Virus record (IMG/VR): IMGVR_UViG_3300038988_000505
Span: 1-43,640 of that record
Length of the DNA: 43,640 nt
Direction: 5' to 3' (one strand)
DNA from: a virus
Lineage: Duplodnaviria > Caudoviricetes
Part shown: piece after piece, positions 1-8,971 of the stretch
Layout: the number at the start of each line of letters is the position of its first letter
Numbering within the stretch: position 1 is the first letter of the stretch
Notes under the pieces: generated by a model
The model's input: only the letters and a program-made list of their open reading frames with translations
Databases searched by the model: none
What the model was told of the DNA's origin: nothing
Position numbers and translations under genes: made by a program

Positions 1-88
1 GGGGGGCGCCTCCGTCTCGTGGGATGGGTGGCACCGACCACGATATCAAGGGGAGCGCTCCCCGCCAATCTTTTACGGAGGATCTGAA

Positions 89-289
89 ATGACCATGATC
101 CGGATGATCGGAAAGCGGTTTTTCCTGGACTCCAGGCCGCCGTTGTTCTCGATGATGCACGGCCGGCCGCACCTTCAGCCGCAGCGCTGCTCCGCGCGCC
201 GGACGCGCGTATCCCTCCGGACCCGCCTGGCATCCCTGCTGGGCATCGTGACGATGCCTACGTCCTGGCGGAGACTCCATGTCCGGTAA
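89..289 (+). CDS. small hypothetical protein upstream of transposase
   Basis: GGAGG SD before ATG 89; stop overlaps the MuA start; no recognisable motif. Confidence 0.4.
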   Translation: MTMIRMIGKRFFLDSRPPLFSMMHGRPHLQPQRCSARRTRVSLRTRLASLLGIVTMPTSWRRLHVR

Positions 290-2465
290 CGAGCGGTACT
301 TCAGCGCCCGGGAGCTCGCGGGGCTGCCGGGGATGCCAAGCCGGCCAAATGAGATCTGTCGTATAGCGTCCAGTTGTTCGTGGTCTTCCCGTCCTCGTTC
401 TGGTCGCGGCGGCGGCCGCGAATATCCCTTCTCCTGTCTCCCCGAGGAGACGCAGCGCGCGATCTTGAAACGGCTGACGGACGAGGCCGCCGCGACGACA
501 CTCCCCGCGCTGGCGCCCCGGGCGCTCCCTCCCGCCGTTTCCGGATCGACGCTTCCCGCGCAGGTTTCGCAGTCCAAGCCGGTCTTCGTGACGCGGAACG
601 TCCGGCTGAATCCCACGGCCGTCGTCTCGCCCGAAGCCGCCTTCGAAGAGCTGAAGGACTGGCAGCGCCGGGTGCTGGAAGCCCGCCTGGCGATCCTGAG
701 GATGATCGACGACCTCGCCTTCTCCCTGGGGGCGGTGGAAGCGATCCGCCACATCGTCGGCATGGCGTCCCGGGGCGAGCTCTCCCCCGAGATCCAGTCG
801 CTCGTCCCGATCGCCAACGCGCGTCGCGGGGAAACAGGCGCCAGGACGCTGTCCGAACGATCGGTGTACCGGTGGCGTACCGACTTGAGCAAGCGCGGCG
901 CGGCCGCGCTTGCTCCCCGCAACACGGACCGGGTCGAGATTCCGGAGTGGGCCCCCGCGTTCCTGTCGCTGTTCCAACAGCCGCAGAAGCCGTTTCTGAC
1001 GGAGGTCTCCGCCCTGCTGGCGCAGGCGCTGCCCGCGGAGATCACCATCCCGTCCTACTGGGCCATCCGGCGGTTCTTAAAACGCGTCAACGTCGTCGAC
1101 CTGAACCGCGGCCGCCTGGGTCCCCGGGAGATCCGGAAGATCCGGATCTTCGTCCGGAGAGATTTTTCCATGTTCCTGCCCGGGGACATCTACGAGGCCG
1201 ACGGTCACACGTTCGACGCGGAGGTCGCGCACCCGATCCATGGCCGCCCTTTCCGTCCGGAGCTCGAGCTGGTTCTCGACGTGGCCACGCGCAAGGCGGT
1301 CGGCTGGTCGATCGGCCTGGCCGAGTCCACTTGGACGGTCCTGGACGCCCTGCGGAATGCCTGCGAGACCAACTGCGTCCCTGCGATCTACTACGTCGAC
1401 AAGGGGTCCGGCCGGAACAACCACTTGATGAACGACCTTTCCGCGGGGTTTTTCGCCCGCCTGGCCATCGATAAGCGGCACAGCATCCCGTACAACTCGC
1501 AAGCCCGCGGTGCCGTGGAGCGCACGCATCAGACGATCTTCGTGGCGCTGGCGCGGACGCTCGCCACGTATATGGGAAAACCTATGGACCAACAGGCCCG
1601 GAAGAACGTCTTCCTGGTCACCCGGGAAGCCGCCCGCAACAGGGTCCAGTCGCCGGCGCTGATCTCATGGAACGAGTTCCGGAAGGCTGTCGAAGCGGCA
1701 ATTGCGGCGTACAACGACCGGCCGCACCGGTCGCTCCCGAAATTCCGGAATCCGGAAACCGGCAAGCTCCGCCATCAGTCTCCCAACGAGCGATGGGCGC
1801 AGCTCGTAGAGGAAGGCTTCGAGCCGGTGCTTATCAGCGCGCAGGAGTCCGCGGACCTATTCCGGCCGTACGAGGTCCGGACGGTCCGGCGGGGCGAGGT
1901 GTCGCTTGGCTCCAACCGGTACTTCCATAAAGCACTCGATGGGTACCACGGCCGACAGGTGCGCGTCGGCTACGATCTGCACGACGCCAGCCGCGTGTGG
2001 GTTCGCGACCTGGATGGACGGCTGATCTGCATTGCCGGATTCGAGGCCAACAGCCGCGCGTTCTTCCCGGTGCCGATGGTCGAGCAGAAGCGTCAGGAGC
2101 GCGCCAAAGGACGGGAGAGGCGCCTGGAAGCGCATCTGGAGGAGGTCCGCGCAGAGCTTGGCGAGCCGAACGTGCTCGATGCCGAGTATTCCGCCGATCT
2201 CACCCCCGAGCAGGCGGCCGCTGCGGACGAGCAGCTCCGGGCGCTGTCCGCGCCGCCGCAGGGTGATGAAGTCGAGCTCGATCCGGACATCCTCTTCTGG
2301 CGGGAGGCGATCAAGCAGCCGCATCTGCTGACCGAGGATCAGCGGGAATACCTGAACGCGCGCATCGAGCGTTCCCCGGCGTTCGCGCAGCTGATCGGCA
2401 TCAAGGATCCAGACGACGGGGGTTTTAGCTGTCCGTCGGGGCTTTCCGCCCCGGCGGGGTGGTGA
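279..2465 (+). CDS. Mu-like DDE transposase (MuA)
   Basis: N-terminal Mu HTH (YFSARELAGLPGMP), DDE motifs ADGH / YVDKG / GAVER, C-terminal VGYDLHDASRVWV; followed by an ATPase. Confidence 0.95.
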   Translation: MSGNERYFSARELAGLPGMPSRPNEICRIASSCSWSSRPRSGRGGGREYPFSCLPEETQRAILKRLTDEAAATTLPALAPRALPPAVSGSTLPAQVSQSKPVFVTRNVRLNPTAVVSPEAAFEELKDWQRRVLEARLAILRMIDDLAFSLGAVEAIRHIVGMASRGELSPEIQSLVPIANARRGETGARTLSERSVYRWRTDLSKRGAAALAPRNTDRVEIPEWAPAFLSLFQQPQKPFLTEVSALLAQALPAEITIPSYWAIRRFLKRVNVVDLNRGRLGPREIRKIRIFVRRDFSMFLPGDIYEADGHTFDAEVAHPIHGRPFRPELELVLDVATRKAVGWSIGLAESTWTVLDALRNACETNCVPAIYYVDKGSGRNNHLMNDLSAGFFARLAIDKRHSIPYNSQARGAVERTHQTIFVALARTLATYMGKPMDQQARKNVFLVTREAARNRVQSPALISWNEFRKAVEAAIAAYNDRPHRSLPKFRNPETGKLRHQSPNERWAQLVEEGFEPVLISAQESADLFRPYEVRTVRRGEVSLGSNRYFHKALDGYHGRQVRVGYDLHDASRVWVRDLDGRLICIAGFEANSRAFFPVPMVEQKRQERAKGRERRLEAHLEEVRAELGEPNVLDAEYSADLTPEQAAAADEQLRALSAPPQGDEVELDPDILFWREAIKQPHLLTEDQREYLNARIERSPAFAQLIGIKDPDDGGFSCPSGLSAPAGW

Positions 2466-2493
2466 TTCACACATCCAGACGAGAGGAGAACCG

Positions 2494-3291
2494 ATGAAAC
2501 CCGGATTTGCGATGACGTCCAACGTGCAGCGGTTTCTGGCCGGCATATCGGTGGTGGAAGACCGGGGTGCGCGGGAAGCCTCCATGATGCTGGTCACGGG
2601 GGATCCGGGGTACGGAAAGACGGCCGCGGCGTTCTGGTGGGCTCTCCAGCACAACGCGGTGTTCCTGCGCGGCAAGGCGTCCTGGACGCCGTTCTGGCTC
2701 TTGTCCGAGCTCGTCTCCGAGCTGAAAGGCCGCCCGTCGCACAGCTCGGAGGAGCTGTCCAAGCAGGCGGTGATCTCGCTGCTCCGGGAGCCCCGGGCGG
2801 TGGTCATCGACGAGGTAGAGCACACCTTCCATAACCTCCAGGTGCTCGAGACGATCCGCGACCTGGTGGACCTAGTCACTGTCCCGATGGTGCTGATCGG
2901 CACGGACCAGGTGCAGAACCGGGTCGCCCGGTACGCGCAATTCTCGTCGCGGATCGCATCGGTGGTGCAGTTCCATCCTGCGACCGTCAAGGACGTCCGG
3001 ACCATCTGCGACCACAAGCTGGAGATCCCCGTGGCCGACGACCTGGTCGAGGAAGTGCATCGGCAGTCCGGCGGGCGGGTGCGCGAGGTGATGAACGCCC
3101 TGGCCAAGGTCGAGCGGTTCGGCAAGGCCCGGACCGGCGCCGCGGCGCAGAAGCCCGTGGTCCTCGCCGACATGGCCGGCCTCCCGCTGACGCACGACTG
3201 GCAGGCCAAGCGTCCGACCCGGCCGGCGCGGCCCGCGATGCCGCCGCCGGCAGGCCCCTCCGCTCCTGCTTCCGCGGGGCCTGTCCAGTGA
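2494..3291 (+). CDS. MuB-like AAA+ transposition ATPase
   Basis: Walker A GDPGYGKT, Walker B VVIDE; AGGAG SD; directly after MuA. Confidence 0.92.
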   Translation: MKPGFAMTSNVQRFLAGISVVEDRGAREASMMLVTGDPGYGKTAAAFWWALQHNAVFLRGKASWTPFWLLSELVSELKGRPSHSSEELSKQAVISLLREPRAVVIDEVEHTFHNLQVLETIRDLVDLVTVPMVLIGTDQVQNRVARYAQFSSRIASVVQFHPATVKDVRTICDHKLEIPVADDLVEEVHRQSGGRVREVMNALAKVERFGKARTGAAAQKPVVLADMAGLPLTHDWQAKRPTRPARPAMPPPAGPSAPASAGPVQ

Positions 3292-3854
3292 GGGGCATCG
3301 CCACCGGCGTTCTCGCGGCCCTGGTCGCCGGGCCCGGCTTCACCACCGGCTGGCTGGCGCAGCGGACGGGGTTCACGCGCAAGCAGACGGCCCAGGCGTG
3401 CGCGCTGCTCCTGCGGCGGGGCTATATCGCGTCCCGGGTCGACGGGAAATTCTGGCCGACCGACGCGGGCCGGGAGCTGGTCGAAGAGGGCAGGAAGATC
3501 GTCTCCGGCCGCCAAGCGGGAACGCAGGGGCGCCGGCTCGTCCGGCAGTCGCTGCGCGAGAAGGTCTGGCGCGCCATGGTTATGCTGAGGAAGGCGACGA
3601 TCCCCGAGCTGGTTTCCTACGTCTCCGTGGGCGGCGAGCGGGACGCCGAAAACAACATCCTCAAGTACCTGCGCGCCCTCGAGAAGGCGGGATACGTCGT
3701 ACGGGACGCCCGGCGCGTTCCGGGGACGTCCCCGACCAGCCCCGGGTTCGTCCGATGGGTGCTGATCGAGAAAACCGGCCCCGTGGCTCCGGCCTACAGC
3801 GAATCGAAAAAGCACCTCTACGACCCCAACACGAATAAGGAGATCCCCCTGTGA
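3288..3854 (+). CDS. early protein with probable winged-HTH domains
   Basis: GTGA overlap with MuB; two HTH-like segments (e.g. ATIPELV...KYLRALEKAGYV). Confidence 0.7.
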   Translation: MRGIATGVLAALVAGPGFTTGWLAQRTGFTRKQTAQACALLLRRGYIASRVDGKFWPTDAGRELVEEGRKIVSGRQAGTQGRRLVRQSLREKVWRAMVMLRKATIPELVSYVSVGGERDAENNILKYLRALEKAGYVVRDARRVPGTSPTSPGFVRWVLIEKTGPVAPAYSESKKHLYDPNTNKEIPL

Positions 3855-4180
3855 ACTGGATGGATCTGCTCGGGCAAGCGGTGAAGGAAAAAGGCAAGGC
3901 GCAGGTTGCCAACGAGCTGGCGATCTCCAGAACGACGGTCCACATGGTGCTTGCCGGCACGTACCGGGCGGCCACGACGAGTATTGAGAAAAAGGTGCTC
4001 GCGGCGTACGGGAAGGCGATCTGCCCGTTTCTCGGGCGGGTGCTGGCCGCCGCCGACTGCGCATGGTACCGGGAGCGGCCGGTGCCGATGAACCACCACG
4101 ACGAACTGGCGCACTGGAAGGCGTGCCAGGAGTGTGAAGCGCCGATCGTCCCGGAGGTTGTCGATCCGGACGGGGAATGA
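3851..4180 (+). CDS. HTH protein with Cys-rich C-terminus
   Basis: KAQVANELAISRTTVHMVL HTH; CPFLG...C...CQEC; overlapping start/stop. Confidence 0.7.
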   Translation: MNWMDLLGQAVKEKGKAQVANELAISRTTVHMVLAGTYRAATTSIEKKVLAAYGKAICPFLGRVLAAADCAWYRERPVPMNHHDELAHWKACQECEAPIVPEVVDPDGE

Positions 4181-4202
4181 AGATCCGAAAAGGAGCGGAA
4201 AC

Positions 4203-4733
4203 ATGGCGACAAAACAGGCAGTAAAGATCAAGCAGGCGGCGGCGGAGTTTGTGCCGCAGGATCGGGAGCAAGTGGTCGGCGCGATCGCGGAGATCGGCCG
4301 CCGTCAGCGGGAGCGGGAGCGCATTCAGGCGAAGATGAACGATCACCTGGCGGCGATCAAGGAAGAGTACGAGGAAGAGGCCCGCCCGCACAACGAGAAG
4401 ATCCTGAAGCTCTCCGAGGGGGTCAAGGCGTGGTGCGAGGCGCACCGCGAGGAACTGTGCCAGGGCGGCAAGATCAAGACCGCCAACCTCTCCTCCGGCG
4501 AGATCTCCTGGCGGCTTCGCCCCAAGAAGGTGGTCGTGAAGTCCGCGGAGAAGATCCTCGAGGCGCTCAAGAGCCTGGGTCTCGATCGGTTCATCCGGGT
4601 GAAGGAGGAGCTGAACAAGGATGCGATCCTGGCCGAGCCCGAGGCGGTCGAGCACGTCAAGGGGATCAGCATCTCTCAGGGCGAGGACTTCGTGATCAAA
4701 CCGTTCGAGACCACGCTCGAGGAGCTGGTCTGA
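4203..4733 (+). CDS. gam: Mu Gam-like host-nuclease inhibitor (DNA end protection)
   Basis: Coiled-coil N-half, KTANLSSGEISWRLRP and KEELNKDAIL motifs; AGGAG SD before ATG 4203. Confidence 0.9.
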   Translation: MATKQAVKIKQAAAEFVPQDREQVVGAIAEIGRRQRERERIQAKMNDHLAAIKEEYEEEARPHNEKILKLSEGVKAWCEAHREELCQGGKIKTANLSSGEISWRLRPKKVVVKSAEKILEALKSLGLDRFIRVKEELNKDAILAEPEAVEHVKGISISQGEDFVIKPFETTLEELV

Positions 4734-4744
4734 GGGCCATCGCA

Positions 4745-5176
4745 ATGCAAAGCGCCAGAGCCGAAAACGACGACTCTCGCAAGCGCGACCTGGCGGCCAT
4801 CCACGTTGCCAAGAAGGCGCTGTGCCTGGACGATACCGCGTACCGGGAGATCCTGCTCCTGGTGACGGGCACGGACTCGGCGGCCTGCCTGAACGAGGCG
4901 GACCGCCATCGGCTGATCGAGCATTTCCGCGGCCTGGGCTTCGAGCGGGTCAAGGGCAGCCGCCGGCGTAACAACTCGGCGAATCCGATGCACTCCAAGA
5001 TCCGGTACCTGTGGCGGGACCTGTATCGGGCTGGCGCGATCCGGGATAATTCCGACGCCGCCCTGGACTCCTACGTCCGCCGGATGACGGGTGCGGACTC
5101 GCTGCGCTTCCTCGACCGGTACCAGGCGTGGAACCTCATCAACGCGCTGAAGCAGTGGCTGGCGAGGACGGGGTGA
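4745..5176 (+). CDS. Mu gp16/GemA-like regulatory protein (DUF1018-like)
   Basis: LAAIHVAKKALCLDD..YR and KIRYLW...ALDSYVRR...LINALKQW motifs. Confidence 0.85.
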   Translation: MQSARAENDDSRKRDLAAIHVAKKALCLDDTAYREILLLVTGTDSAACLNEADRHRLIEHFRGLGFERVKGSRRRNNSANPMHSKIRYLWRDLYRAGAIRDNSDAALDSYVRRMTGADSLRFLDRYQAWNLINALKQWLARTG

Positions 5177-5526
5177 TGGAGAGCTACCCGGAAGTTCTCA
5201 AGGACCTGGCGGACCAGGTCGCCGAGCTGATGCTGGGCCGAGGGGAAGCTCCCGAGGTCGCGGCCGAGATCGGCTTCCGGGTGGCGGAATTCCTGCGGGG
5301 GCACTGGGGCGGGCAGAAGATCTACATCCCCAAGGGGATCAGCTTCTCCGTCTCCCGGAGGGACATCGAGATCTATGGGCGCTTCCGGGGAACCAACGCC
5401 CTGGAGTTGTGCCGGGAATACGACATCACCAACACGCGGCTCTACCAGATCGTCCACACCGTCCGCAGCATGCGGCGACCGCCCGACCCGGAACAGCCGG
5501 AACTGTTCAAGGAGAAAACAGGATGA
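5176..5526 (+). CDS. Mor/C family transcriptional activator
   Basis: WGGQKIYIPKG...RDIEIY..F.G.N..EL..EY.IT..RLYQI signature; TGATG coupling to upstream gene. Confidence 0.9.
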   Translation: MESYPEVLKDLADQVAELMLGRGEAPEVAAEIGFRVAEFLRGHWGGQKIYIPKGISFSVSRRDIEIYGRFRGTNALELCREYDITNTRLYQIVHTVRSMRRPPDPEQPELFKEKTG

Positions 5527-5619
5527 GCTGTCCGCACGAGAGAGACCCCAAGAAGTGCGTCTGGCGCCAATCGTGGAGTCCCATGCCGTTCGACTGGCTG
5601 CGCGAGAGGAGGGCCGCTC

Positions 5620-5805
5620 GTGCCGCGTAAACCCGTAGAGCCCACCTGCGGAACATGCCTCTGGTGGGCGTATCTGTTCCGCAGGGGGATCTGCAACCGG
5701 ATCCCGGGACGCCCCGAGCGGGCGATGGACAAGCCGGCTGGCGACTGCAAGTGGTATCACGCGGCGCCGAAGCCGTTGCCGGAGCGACGGAGGAAAGCGG
5801 GATGA
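5620..5805 (+). CDS. small Cys-rich hypothetical protein
   Basis: CGTC...C...C pattern; GAGGAGG SD; chained overlaps with neighbours. Confidence 0.5.
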   Translation: MPRKPVEPTCGTCLWWAYLFRRGICNRIPGRPERAMDKPAGDCKWYHAAPKPLPERRRKAG

Positions 5806-5987
5806 AAATCCAGTGGGAAGAGTACCTGTTGAGGCTGTCACGTCTGGCCGACGACGTCTCCGAGGAATACGAGTCGGCAAGGTATGTGCTCGACCGAGTC
5901 GTTCTTGAAGCGCTCATGAAGGATCTCGGCAGTGCCCGCAAGAAGCTGGCGGTGCACATATCGGAGCAGGCGTCGTGCTCGGGGTGA
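5802..5987 (+). CDS. small helical hypothetical protein (MKIQWEEY...)
   Basis: ATGA overlap with upstream stop; in-frame within ORF 5655-5987. Confidence 0.55.
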   Translation: MKIQWEEYLLRLSRLADDVSEEYESARYVLDRVVLEALMKDLGSARKKLAVHISEQASCSG

Positions 5988-6104
5988 TCGAGCGCTTCGT
6001 TCGGTGGTGGGTCGCCGACGAGGAGACAAGTGCCCGGCTGGACCGGATAGACCAGGAACTGCGCGCGGCCGAGGCCGCAGCGCGACAGAAGAGAGAGCGC
6101 CCGT

Positions 6105-6296
6105 TTGCAGGCGGGCTTCTTTCGGCAGCCGGGGGAGGGCGACACCTCCCCCGGCATATTTATCCTGCGGGCGGTCGACGATCTTGACAACGGCCCTTGC
6201 GCCGGGCAGGATGTCTGGCGCGAGATGATCGGAGACGCCATCAATTACCTGATCCTGCTCGAAGCGCTCTCCGAAGAGCAAAACCTCTCCGCCTGA
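6105..6296 (+). CDS. hypothetical protein or fragment ending WREMIGDAINYLILLEAL
   Basis: Helical D-x-x-N-Y motif seen in small phage proteins; start uncertain, possibly a remnant. Confidence 0.4.
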   Translation: MQAGFFRQPGEGDTSPGIFILRAVDDLDNGPCAGQDVWREMIGDAINYLILLEALSEEQNLSA

Positions 6297-6298
6297 CC

Positions 6299-6328
6299 CG
6301 GCGGGGGATTCCCCTCCCCCGCCGTTTT
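6299..6328 (+). terminator. intrinsic terminator ending the early/middle operon
   Basis: Perfect 10-bp stem CGGCGGGGGA/TCCCCCGCCG followed by TTTT. Confidence 0.8.
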
Positions 6329-6343
6329 CCCCTTCTCCCGAGT

Positions 6344-6389
6344 TTCCCCAAATCTTTGGGCCGACACGCCCGCGGCACTTTCCTACAGT
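6344..6389 (+). promoter_or_regulatory. late promoter (Plys-like): activator site plus -10 TACAGT
   Basis: TTCCCCAAATCTTTGGG is identical to 14992-15008; TAnnnT begins 24 nt after it; upstream of the endolysin. Confidence 0.7.
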
Positions 6390-6436
6390 AAGCGAAATTC
6401 GCCGCCCTTCCAGGGGCGCACTGGGGGAAACGTATA

Positions 6437-6988
6437 ATGCAGCCTCGGCCGCAGTACATCGTCATCCACCACTCCGCGACCAAGGACGGCGTCACAAACG
6501 ACTGGGACGCCATCCGCCGTTATCACATGTCCTGGCGATACCAGGGCAGGATCATCACCCCCGAGGAAGCCCAGGATCTGCTGGCCGGGAACAGCGCCAA
6601 AGGCGTAGAGCGCCCATGGTCGGAGATCGGCTATAACCGCGGCTTCGAGCGGGCCGGGAGCGCCCTGGTCCTGCGCGAGGGTCGCGCGATCGGAGAGCCC
6701 GGCGCCCACTGCCGCGAGCTCCACATGAACCTCAAGTCCATCGGGTACTGCATCGTCGGCAACTTCGATCTGGAGGCGCCGGACCAGGAGCTTCTTCTGG
6801 CCGTCGCCAGGCAGGCGCGGAAGGACTCGGAGAAGTTCGGCATCCCCGTCCAGGCAATCGTCGGACACCGCGAGGTCGGCAAGATGGCCGGTTTCGACTG
6901 GCTGAAGGGTCAGTACAAGAGCTGCCCTGGGAAGCTATTCCCGATGGATGTGCTCCGCCGAATGGTCGGCGGGGCGGCGCATGCGTGA
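6437..6988 (+). CDS. endolysin, N-acetylmuramoyl-L-alanine amidase (Amidase_2 / T7-lysozyme type)
   Basis: IVIHHSAT, GAHC, SIGYCIVGNFD, VGHRE, KSCPG zinc-amidase motifs. Confidence 0.92.
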   Translation: MQPRPQYIVIHHSATKDGVTNDWDAIRRYHMSWRYQGRIITPEEAQDLLAGNSAKGVERPWSEIGYNRGFERAGSALVLREGRAIGEPGAHCRELHMNLKSIGYCIVGNFDLEAPDQELLLAVARQARKDSEKFGIPVQAIVGHREVGKMAGFDWLKGQYKSCPGKLFPMDVLRRMVGGAAHA

Positions 6989-7105
6989 ATGACGGCTTCT
7001 GCTGGGCAGGATTTGCGGCGTGGTATCCGCCGTTCGCCCAGGAGGAGGTCTGCGAGAAATGTCGCAAGGAGAACAACAACCGATGTCCAAGAGGGAGGGG
7101 AAGCG

Positions 7106-7504
7106 ATGAAGAAGTTCGGTCTGCCGTTTCTGCTGCTGGTGCTTCTGTTGGTTGCTGCCGCGGGAAACGCCGCCGGAGAGACGATCTCCTGGAGCAACCC
7201 CGCAAAGTACGCCGACAACACGGCGATCGCATCCGACAACCAGGCGAAGATCAAGAACTACCTCCGGTACCGGGTCGGAACCGGTAGCTGGACGTATTTC
7301 GCGGAGACGACCGGCGGGAAGACGTCCTGGACCGGGACGCTGCCGGTCGCCGAAGGCGTCACGGCTGGATATTCGGTGTCGGCCGCCTTGACCGGAGCGG
7401 ACGGCATGGAGCGAGATTCGGCGTACAGCCCGGAGGTGAAGTACATGCGCCCTTTCGCGGTACGGATTCCGGGGGCGCCGAGCGGCGTGGCGATCTCGCC
7501 CTGA
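7106..7504 (+). CDS. secreted beta-rich (Fn3/Ig-like) protein
   Basis: Signal peptide MKKFGLPFLLLVLLLVAAAGNAAG; W...Y.V...Y.VSA..G.E.DS.YS pattern; GGAGG SD. Confidence 0.7.
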   Translation: MKKFGLPFLLLVLLLVAAAGNAAGETISWSNPAKYADNTAIASDNQAKIKNYLRYRVGTGSWTYFAETTGGKTSWTGTLPVAEGVTAGYSVSAALTGADGMERDSAYSPEVKYMRPFAVRIPGAPSGVAISP

Positions 7505-7650
7505 TCGGCGCGGCCATCGCGCTCCTGGCGGCGATCGCCCTGCTGGCCGGCGGTCACCCCTGGGCCGCCCTGGCATGCCTCCTGGCGGCGATCGCGCTGG
7601 GGATTCTCTGGTACCGACGGAAGAAGAAAGCGAAAGGAGAAACGACATGA
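7501..7650 (+). CDS. unannotated 49-aa membrane protein (CTG start) or frameshifted anchor of the upstream gene
   Basis: Frame reads LIGAAIALLAAIALLAGGHPWAALACLLAAIALGILWYRRKKKAKGETT*; CTGA and ATGA overlaps at both ends. Confidence 0.55.
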   Translation: MIGAAIALLAAIALLAGGHPWAALACLLAAIALGILWYRRKKKAKGETT

Positions 7651-8054
7651 AACGGATGAATCGGCAAGCCGCAGCCCTCTGTTTGTTCCTGCTGCTCTTC
7701 GTGCTCTTCCTCGCGCTGCCGGCGGCGGCGCAGGACGAGATGCTGGAGCAGCTCGCTCCCCAGAGCTGGATCGATTGGGCGATCGTATTCCTGTCGATCG
7801 GCGCCGTCGAGTTACTGAAGATGGCCCTGCCGAGCCCCGAAGGGGAGTCGCGCTGGTCGGCGAAGGTCACCGCCGGCGTCAACCGCGTCCTGCCGTTCGC
7901 CCCGCTTGTCATGGCTGCCGTCCTCTATCTCGTCTGGAATTACGAATCCGTCGGGGCCGTACCGATCGGCCAGATCGTCGGGCACGGCGCCGCCCTGGGC
8001 GTTTATTCGGGGTACCTCTACCGGGCCGGCAAGGTCACGGTATTCGGGGCGTAG
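7647..8054 (+). CDS. putative holin / multi-TM membrane protein
   Basis: About four hydrophobic segments, basic C-terminus, between endolysin and spanins; AAGGAG SD. Confidence 0.6.
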   Translation: MKRMNRQAAALCLFLLLFVLFLALPAAAQDEMLEQLAPQSWIDWAIVFLSIGAVELLKMALPSPEGESRWSAKVTAGVNRVLPFAPLVMAAVLYLVWNYESVGAVPIGQIVGHGAALGVYSGYLYRAGKVTVFGA

Positions 8055-8064
8055 GGAGCTTCGC

Positions 8065-8442
8065 GTGGCGGCGATCCTTGGTTTCGTGTGGAAGCGCCCC
8101 TGGGTGATCGCCCTGGGGGCGCTGCTCCTGCTGTCCGGAGGATTGTATCTGCGGCTGAAGGCGGTCTCCTCGAAGCTCGACCAGGTCAATCGGGAGCTCG
8201 CCGTCGTCTCGGCGGAGATCGAGGTGCAGAACGCCGCCATCGAGGCGTGGAAAGCGGCGACGGCCGACCAGACCGACCGAGTGTCTGTGGCGCGCCGGGC
8301 TGCCGTCCGACAGAGGACGGCTTCGGACGCGCGTGTCCGCGAGCTCCTGGCCGCGCAGGTGCCGGCGGCTTGTAGCGACGCCATTCGCTGGGCCGCCACG
8401 ACCGGCCGTGCGATCGCCGCGGAATGGGAGGAGGCCCCTTGA
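8065..8442 (+). CDS. Rz-like inner-membrane spanin
   Basis: N-terminal TM then coiled coil (QNAAIEAWK); followed by a lipoprotein. Confidence 0.75.
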   Translation: MAAILGFVWKRPWVIALGALLLLSGGLYLRLKAVSSKLDQVNRELAVVSAEIEVQNAAIEAWKAATADQTDRVSVARRAAVRQRTASDARVRELLAAQVPAACSDAIRWAATTGRAIAAEWEEAP

Positions 8443-8693
8443 GACGCGCCCTGCTGATCGTTCCGGCCTGCCTGCTGCTGGCCGGTTGTGCCCACACACC
8501 GCCGGTTGTCCAGGTTCCGGTGGCGATCCCCTGCCCCGCTCCGCCGGCGACGATCCACCCTTACCTGCCGATCGCGGATTTGCGCGACGGCGAATCTCCC
8601 GACAACGTCGTGCGGGCATACGCGGCCAGCGTGGAGGCCCTGATCGGATACACGCGGGAGCTCGAGACACTGCTGTCCGGCTATCGCCGATAG
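8439..8693 (+). CDS. Rz1-like outer-membrane lipoprotein spanin
   Basis: Lipobox LLAGC, Pro-rich VPVAIPCPAPP; TTGA overlap with Rz. Confidence 0.8.
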   Translation: MRRALLIVPACLLLAGCAHTPPVVQVPVAIPCPAPPATIHPYLPIADLRDGESPDNVVRAYAASVEALIGYTRELETLLSGYRR

Positions 8694-8723
8694 GCGAGCC
8701 GATTCCGTATTGGGAGGTCCGGT

Positions 8724-8969
8724 ATGGCAGGACACGACGAAGCCCTGATCCGAGAACACAGCAGGATCCTCGGGAAGATCGAAGGATCCCTGAGTGCGAT
8801 CGCCGATGGGCAGCAACAGATTCACTCGGCGGTCAAGTCCGTGGATGAACGCCTGCGGAATGTCGAAATGAAGTCGGCCGGGTACGGACTTGTCGCGGGC
8901 GGCGTCATGTCGGTGGGCGTGTTGATGCTGAAAGAGCAGATCAAATCCGCGCTGGGCCTGAAGGGATAG
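8724..8969 (+). CDS. small coiled-coil/TM protein upstream of the terminase genes
   Basis: LGKIEG...DERLRNVE.K then a hydrophobic helix; GGAGG SD. Confidence 0.65.
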   Translation: MAGHDEALIREHSRILGKIEGSLSAIADGQQQIHSAVKSVDERLRNVEMKSAGYGLVAGGVMSVGVLMLKEQIKSALGLKG

Positions 8970-8971
8970 CC

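Noticed and set aside
1857-4745. 962-aa minus-strand ORF and other long antisense or alternate-frame ORFs (e.g. 11027-12922, 14871-17066, 26183-28537)
   Set aside because: Shadow ORFs of high-GC coding sequence; they overlap well-supported + strand phage genes and have no motifs
6985-7287. 100-aa Cys-rich ORF after the endolysin
   Set aside because: Overlaps the better-supported signal-peptide gene by about 180 nt; no motif support, though a short peptide cannot be excluded
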